Shown piece after piece: positions 28,001 to 32,000 of a stretch of 32,000 nt of DNA (positions within the stretch are counted from its first letter, which is position 1; each line of letters opens with the position of its first letter). The notes beneath the pieces are model-generated. The model worked only from the letters and a program-made list of their open reading frames with translations, did not search any database and was not told where the DNA came from. Location of the stretch: the NCBI RefSeq assembly GCF_000012465.1, contig NC_007335.2, positions 1,800,001-1,832,000 on the forward strand. The letters run 5' to 3'. This DNA is from Prochlorococcus marinus str. NATL2A (GTDB taxonomy: Bacteria; Cyanobacteriota; Cyanobacteriia; PCC-6307; Cyanobiaceae). Position numbers and translations under genes: made by a program.

Positions 28001-28078
28001 AAGTTACCACTTCAGTATAAGATTAATATTCCGTCGCTCTAATAAAGAGCCTTGCAGTCCTAGTCGGAAATCTCATTC

Positions 28079-28495
28079 ATGTCTGAACAACCCTATTACG
28101 AAACCATGTACATTCTTCGCCCGGATATACCGGAAGAAGAAGTTGATAGCCATTTAAAAAAATATAGTGAGATTCTTGAGAAGTCTGAAACGGAAGTATT
28201 AGATAGTCAAATGAGAGGCAAAAGAAGACTTGCCTATCCCATTGCAAAACATAAAGAAGGAATATATGTGCAATTGAGCCACAAAGGCAACGGACAACAA
28301 GTTGCAACCTTAGAGAGAGCCATGAGGTTAAGTGAGGACGTTATTCGCTACATCACAGTTAAACAAGATGGTCCTTTGCCAACTCCAAAACCAACTTCTA
28401 AAGAAAACGAACCAGAAAAGGAAGAAGTAAAACCTACCGAAGAAAAAACTGAATCACCTTCCAAAGACGAGAAGAAAGAAGACTCTAAGGAATAA
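28079..28495 (+). CDS. rpsF: 30S ribosomal protein S6
   Basis: 138 aa. [10 protein letters not shown]...[10 protein letters not shown]...G.YV is the S6 signature. It has a Lys/Glu/Pro-rich C-terminal tail. Confidence 0.92.
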   Translation: MSEQPYYETMYILRPDIPEEEVDSHLKKYSEILEKSETEVLDSQMRGKRRLAYPIAKHKEGIYVQLSHKGNGQQVATLERAMRLSEDVIRYITVKQDGPLPTPKPTSKENEPEKEEVKPTEEKTESPSKDEKKEDSKE

Positions 28496-28530
28496 AAGTA
28501 AAAGCTAACTCAAATTCAAACTTCTTTATT

Positions 28531-29733
28531 TTACTTGTTTATCCAAGACCAAATTCGACTTGGCAATCCCCATACATATATAAATCCTTCAGCGGATTTG
28601 TGATTGAACTTATCCTCACTTCCATAAGTAGACATATCTGAAATATACAAACTATTTTCTTTTGACTTACGACCAATAACATCGACATTACCCTTAAAAA
28701 GCCTAACCCTGACTGTTCCATTGACTTGCTTCTGAGAATAATTAATAAATCCATCCAAAGCTTCTTTTAGAGGACTAAACCAAAAACCTTTATAAACCAA
28801 GTCTGCCCATTGTCGTTCCAGTCTAGATTTAGTATCTAATAAGTCAGCGGGTAAAGTTAAACTCTCAATTTCCTGATGAGCTTTAATTAATAAAAGCAAT
28901 CCTGGAGTTTCATAAATTTCTCGACTTTTAATTCCCACTACTCTGTCTTCAATAATATCCAAACGTCCAAAACCATGCTTTCCTGCAAGGCTATTAGCTT
29001 TTTTGATCAAAGATACTGGCTCCATTTCTTCTCCATTAATTGCAACTGGATAACCATTTTCAAACAAAATATCTGCTATCTCAGGCTCGTTTGGTGAATC
29101 AGCAATAGAGGAAGTGATGCCAAAAACCTCTTCTGATGGCATCTGAAATGGATCTTCAAGAGGACCGGCTTCAATACTTCTCCCCAAAAGATTCAAATCA
29201 ATCGAGTAGGGATTTTTTTTACTTACAGGAGGAACTATTCCATATTTTTCTCCATAGGCAATAGTTTCTTCGCGGCTCATACCCCATTCACGCGCTGGTG
29301 TAAGCAATTGCAAATCAGGAGCTAAAGCTCCAATTGTCACATCAAAGCGAACTTGATCGTTCCCTTTACCCGTACACCCGTGAGCGACTCCATCAGCATT
29401 TAATTCTCTTGCAATTTCAACAAGTTTTTTTGCAATTAATGGTCTAGCTAATGCAGTTGAAAGAGGATATCTTCCTTGATACAAAGCATTAGACCGAATT
29501 GCTGGAAAGGCAAAATCTTCAATAAAAGGCTTTACTAAATTGCCAATTAGTGATTGTGAAGCTCCTGCTGAGATAGCCTTTTTTTTGATTTCATCCAGCT
29601 CATCACCTTGTCCAAGATCTGCGGCAAAAGCAATTACATGCTCGACTCCATACTCCTCCTTCAAGTAAGGAATACAAACACTAGTATCGACCCCTCCTGA
29701 ATAAGCCAAAACAACTTTGTTAGCCTTTCCCAT
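28531..29733 (-). CDS. argG: argininosuccinate synthase
   Basis: The ATG at 29733 gives [18 protein letters not shown]-type N-terminus (here [13 protein letters not shown]) and is preceded by AAGGAG. The longer TTG-initiated track ORF (to 29760) is less likely. Also contains [12 protein letters not shown]. Confidence 0.92.
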   Translation of the reverse strand: MGKANKVVLAYSGGVDTSVCIPYLKEEYGVEHVIAFAADLGQGDELDEIKKKAISAGASQSLIGNLVKPFIEDFAFPAIRSNALYQGRYPLSTALARPLIAKKLVEIARELNADGVAHGCTGKGNDQVRFDVTIGALAPDLQLLTPAREWGMSREETIAYGEKYGIVPPVSKKNPYSIDLNLLGRSIEAGPLEDPFQMPSEEVFGITSSIADSPNEPEIADILFENGYPVAINGEEMEPVSLIKKANSLAGKHGFGRLDIIEDRVVGIKSREIYETPGLLLLIKAHQEIESLTLPADLLDTKSRLERQWADLVYKGFWFSPLKEALDGFINYSQKQVNGTVRVRLFKGNVDVIGRKSKENSLYISDMSTYGSEDKFNHKSAEGFIYVWGLPSRIWSWINK

Positions 29734-29866
29734 ATGGTTCGCTCCTTTAAGGAAGTTCAATTCTCTTTAGTAAATATAGAGAACTATTGGACAATATTTA
29801 TGATTTAGATAATCAGTGGTGATTCAAATATTTTCAGGGGCTAAAAATTAGAGATGTGATTCAAAA

Positions 29867-30079
29867 TCATTCCCATGGCTGCTTTATAGATTTTCCTGAT
29901 TGGCGGCTTTCAGTTAAGAATCCTATTAACCACACAGAAACAAAAGCTAAGGAAGTTAACCCAAAAAAAATAAGTACATAAATTAACCAAGCATCAATAT
30001 TATGACCAAAAATCAACAAATCTTGGACATCATTATTAGTAGTGAAAATAAAATAAATTTGTGAAAGCTTAAAAGTCAC
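29867..30079 (-). CDS. hypothetical small membrane protein
   Basis: 70-aa ORF with one clear hydrophobic helix (WLIYVLIFFGLTSLAFVSVWLIGFL). No recognisable motif. Its coding status is uncertain. Confidence 0.3.
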   Translation of the reverse strand: MTFKLSQIYFIFTTNNDVQDLLIFGHNIDAWLIYVLIFFGLTSLAFVSVWLIGFLTESRQSGKSIKQPWE

Positions 30080-30092
30080 TTAATAACAAAAA

Positions 30093-30299
30093 TTAAATTG
30101 AAGGATTTAAAGAAAAAGATCTCTTAAGCAAAAAATAAATTAAAAGAAAAAGAGAAGGACCAAAGACCAACAACCATACTAAAAAATGGTTTATATGAAA
30201 GGGATTAGGATGAACAATGCCTGCAGCACGAAGAGAAATACTTACTAAGAGAGCTATTACCCAAGTAAAAGACATCAATATCAGCTTTGAAGTCAGCAT
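30093..30299 (-). CDS. hypothetical small membrane protein
   Basis: 68-aa ORF with two hydrophobic helices. No recognisable motif. Its coding status is uncertain. Confidence 0.3.
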   Translation of the reverse strand: MLTSKLILMSFTWVIALLVSISLRAAGIVHPNPFHINHFLVWLLVFGPSLFLLIYFLLKRSFSLNPSI

Positions 30300-30357
30300 A
30301 AAGATTAGAAAATTAATCCATAATGCATTATGTTAATTCATCGATCATAATATTGAT

Positions 30358-30633
30358 ATGAGCGATCTAGAAAAAATCAATTTATCTGATTTAGACGGTA
30401 TTAACCCCGCGCTAACTAGATATGGTAGACAAGAACCTGCTCCTGTTCTACCACTAAGAGAAGAACCCGATTTATTATCTTGGCTAGAAACAAGTGGAAG
30501 ATTAGTGTCTGATCAAGATTCAAATGATCAAGAAATAAGTACAGTTGAAGAAGAAGAACTTTCAGCTTTAATGGGAGAAAAAGAAGACTATAAGGCTGAA
30601 GAAGAACCAAGCGATGAAGAATGGGAAGATTAA
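30358..30633 (+). CDS. acidic conserved cyanobacterial protein (DUF3134-like)
   Basis: 91 aa. NPAL.R..RQEPAPVLPLREEPDLLSWLETSGRL resembles the DUF3134 family as I recall it. It has a very acidic C-terminus. Confidence 0.5.
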   Translation: MSDLEKINLSDLDGINPALTRYGRQEPAPVLPLREEPDLLSWLETSGRLVSDQDSNDQEISTVEEEELSALMGEKEDYKAEEEPSDEEWED

Positions 30634-30649
30634 TTTACTAGCTTAAATT

Positions 30650-31765
30650 TTGAAAAAATCTAATAAGCTTTTAGATAACAAAAAACTATCATTTTATAAT
30701 AGTGTTAATAATCATATATTAGTTTTATTTGGATTAATATCAATTACTTGTGTCTTTTCTGATTTTTATTATAAAACTAGCAATTTAACTATTCCCTTTA
30801 TAATTACAACGCTTGTATCATCAATTATTACTTTTATTGGTATACCTAAGTTAAAAAAGATAAAGATTAAACAAATCATTAGAGATGAAGGACCGAAAAA
30901 TCATTTTCTTAAGCAAGGAACTCCAACAATGGGTGGAATTTTCTTTATACCCATTGGAATAATAGTAAGCAACATTTTATATTTCAACCAAGAGAATTAT
31001 AATATTATTTTGACTTTAAGCTTTGTTATTATATTTTTTATGTTTATTGGTTTTATAGACGATTTTCTAAGTTTAAAAAAAAAATTAAATACTGGTCTAA
31101 GCTCTAACCAAAAAATACTTTTACAATCTTTGATCAGTCTCATTTTTATTCTTATTTGTGCATCTAATAATTTAATACCTCAAAATATACAAATAGCTAA
31201 TAAAGTATTTAATATAGGAAATTTAATTTATCCTTTAGGAATATTTGTATTATTAGCCGAAAGTAATTCAACGAATTTGACGGATGGTTTAGATGGTTTA
31301 TTGAGTGGCTGTAGCGTATTAATTTTCACAGGTCTAGCTATCAGTATTTTAATTGAAAATCCAAGTAATAATTCTACACTCGCTCCTCTCTGCATAGCAA
31401 TGGCTGGAGCTTGTATGGGATTTCTTTTTCTAAACAAATATCCTGCAAAATTATTTATGGGAGATTCAGGTTCCTTAGCTATAGGAGCATCCCTAGGTGG
31501 TATAGCTTTAATATCAAATCATCTTTGGTCTCTTCTAATTATGGGGGGAATACTTGCCGCAGAATCTATCTCAGTAATAATTCAAGTAAGTATTTTTAAA
31601 ATTTCTAAACGAGTAAAGGGAAAGGGTCATAAATTATTTTTAATGACTCCGTTACATCATCATTTTGAACTTAAAGGTAACAATGAGAGTTTAATTGTAA
31701 GTAGCTTTTGGTTAATTACATTATTCTTAGTCATAATAAATCTAATTTTTTTGATTAAATCTTAA
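30650..31765 (+). CDS. mraY: phospho-N-acetylmuramoyl-pentapeptide transferase
   Basis: 371 aa, polytopic. Motifs KQGTPTMGG, NLTDGLDGL, MGDSGSLAIGA and TPLHHHFE are MraY hallmarks. TTG start as drawn. Confidence 0.9.
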   Translation: MKKSNKLLDNKKLSFYNSVNNHILVLFGLISITCVFSDFYYKTSNLTIPFIITTLVSSIITFIGIPKLKKIKIKQIIRDEGPKNHFLKQGTPTMGGIFFIPIGIIVSNILYFNQENYNIILTLSFVIIFFMFIGFIDDFLSLKKKLNTGLSSNQKILLQSLISLIFILICASNNLIPQNIQIANKVFNIGNLIYPLGIFVLLAESNSTNLTDGLDGLLSGCSVLIFTGLAISILIENPSNNSTLAPLCIAMAGACMGFLFLNKYPAKLFMGDSGSLAIGASLGGIALISNHLWSLLIMGGILAAESISVIIQVSIFKISKRVKGKGHKLFLMTPLHHHFELKGNNESLIVSSFWLITLFLVIINLIFLIKS

Positions 31766-31782
31766 CTCTTTAAATTGAAAAG

Positions 31783-32000
31783 ATGACCTATTTTACTTGG
31801 AAAGAAGAAGGACTAACTCAAGACTGTGAAACTTTAGATTCTATGGCCGCTAGATTTGAAGAATCTGCAAGACTTATGAGAAAAATGTCAGCAGAGGGTT
31901 TTAAAGTAGAAAAAAGAAATAAACGGCAGATAATCACCCATATCGATTCAAAAGTTTTTAATGATTGGGGATTTGTTAGTGAGGAGCCACCATATCAACA
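31783..32000 (+). CDS. hypothetical protein, 5' partial (runs off window end)
   Basis: Hand translation from the ATG at 31783 gives MTYFTWKEEGLTQDCETLDSMAARFEESARLMRKMSAEGFKVEKRNKRQIITHIDSKVFNDWGFVSEEPPYQ..., with no stop before the window end. Not in the track. No motif recognised. Confidence 0.4.
   Translation, partial: MTYFTWKEEGLTQDCETLDSMAARFEESARLMRKMSAEGFKVEKRNKRQIITHIDSKVFNDWGFVSEEPPYQ

Noticed and set aside
28001-28078. Possible structured rpsF leader (small stem GCTCT-aataa-AGAGC) upstream of S6.
   Set aside because: There is only a 5-bp stem and no recognisable match to any r-protein leader I can recall. The evidence is insufficient.
28385-28495. Lys/Glu/Pro-rich C-terminal extension of ribosomal protein S6.
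   Set aside because: Acidic or charged S6 C-terminal tails are common in bacteria, and this is a low-complexity extension. Nothing suggests novelty.
30320-30331. Perfect 12-bp palindrome ATAATGCATTAT in the divergent spacer upstream of the DUF3134-like gene.
   Set aside because: In an AT-rich 32-kb window, many perfect 12-bp palindromes are expected by chance (rough estimate: tens). There is no supporting context.
1-32000. Search for tRNA/rRNA genes, CRISPR arrays, IS elements, integrases, phage or defence-system genes.
   Set aside because: Intergenic spaces are short, mostly under 200 bp. There are no regularly spaced repeats and no transposase-, integrase-, nuclease- or toxin-like ORFs. 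Apart from the nirA-focA duplication, the window looks like core chromosome.

Overview
AT-rich cyanobacterial chromosomal segment. Hand counts of sampled 60-nt lines give GC in the 30s to 40s percent. Gene content and order look like a marine picocyanobacterium, most like a low-light Prochlorococcus of the nitrite-assimilating NATL-like type; this is inferred from protein motifs and synteny, with no database search. Nearly all of the window is densely packed housekeeping genes. In order: queE, queC, pabB, pabC | cobA and a CbiX/SirB-like chelatase (minus strand) | nirA, focA | HEAT-repeat protein and a TrpD-like protein | GNAT | MFS | ppk | group-2 sigma factor | phytol/dolichol-kinase-like | DAHP synthase | acnB | interrupted ClC channel | O-antigen-ligase/IctB-like | purU | thiO-like | dnaK | aroE | Tic20-like | rpsF | argG | small membrane ORFs | DUF3134-like | mraY | a partial ORF. 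I found no rRNA, tRNA, CRISPR array, transposase or integrase. The most unusual locus is the nitrite-assimilation module at about 3.6-10.2 kb. (1) A 203-bp tandem duplication straddles the nirA stop and the focA start. It has a 125-bp perfectly identical core, flanks about 26% diverged, and creates a 53-codon chimeric ORF missing from the supplied track (FocA-like N-terminus fused to the NirA C-terminal tail). (2) NirA carries a C-terminal tail of about 46 aa, and this tail is the duplicated module. (3) An exact NtcA box (GTA-N8-TAC) lies in the divergent promoter shared by nirA and an ATGA-coupled siroheme-branch gene pair. (4) A tightly linked HEAT-repeat plus TrpD-like pair sits downstream of focA, and the TrpD-like protein has degenerate catalytic motifs. 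Elsewhere, a ClC channel gene is broken by a single in-frame TAG. All functional calls rest on motifs read by eye in the translated ORFs. Several ORF starts are non-ATG (TTG/GTG) and remain uncertain.
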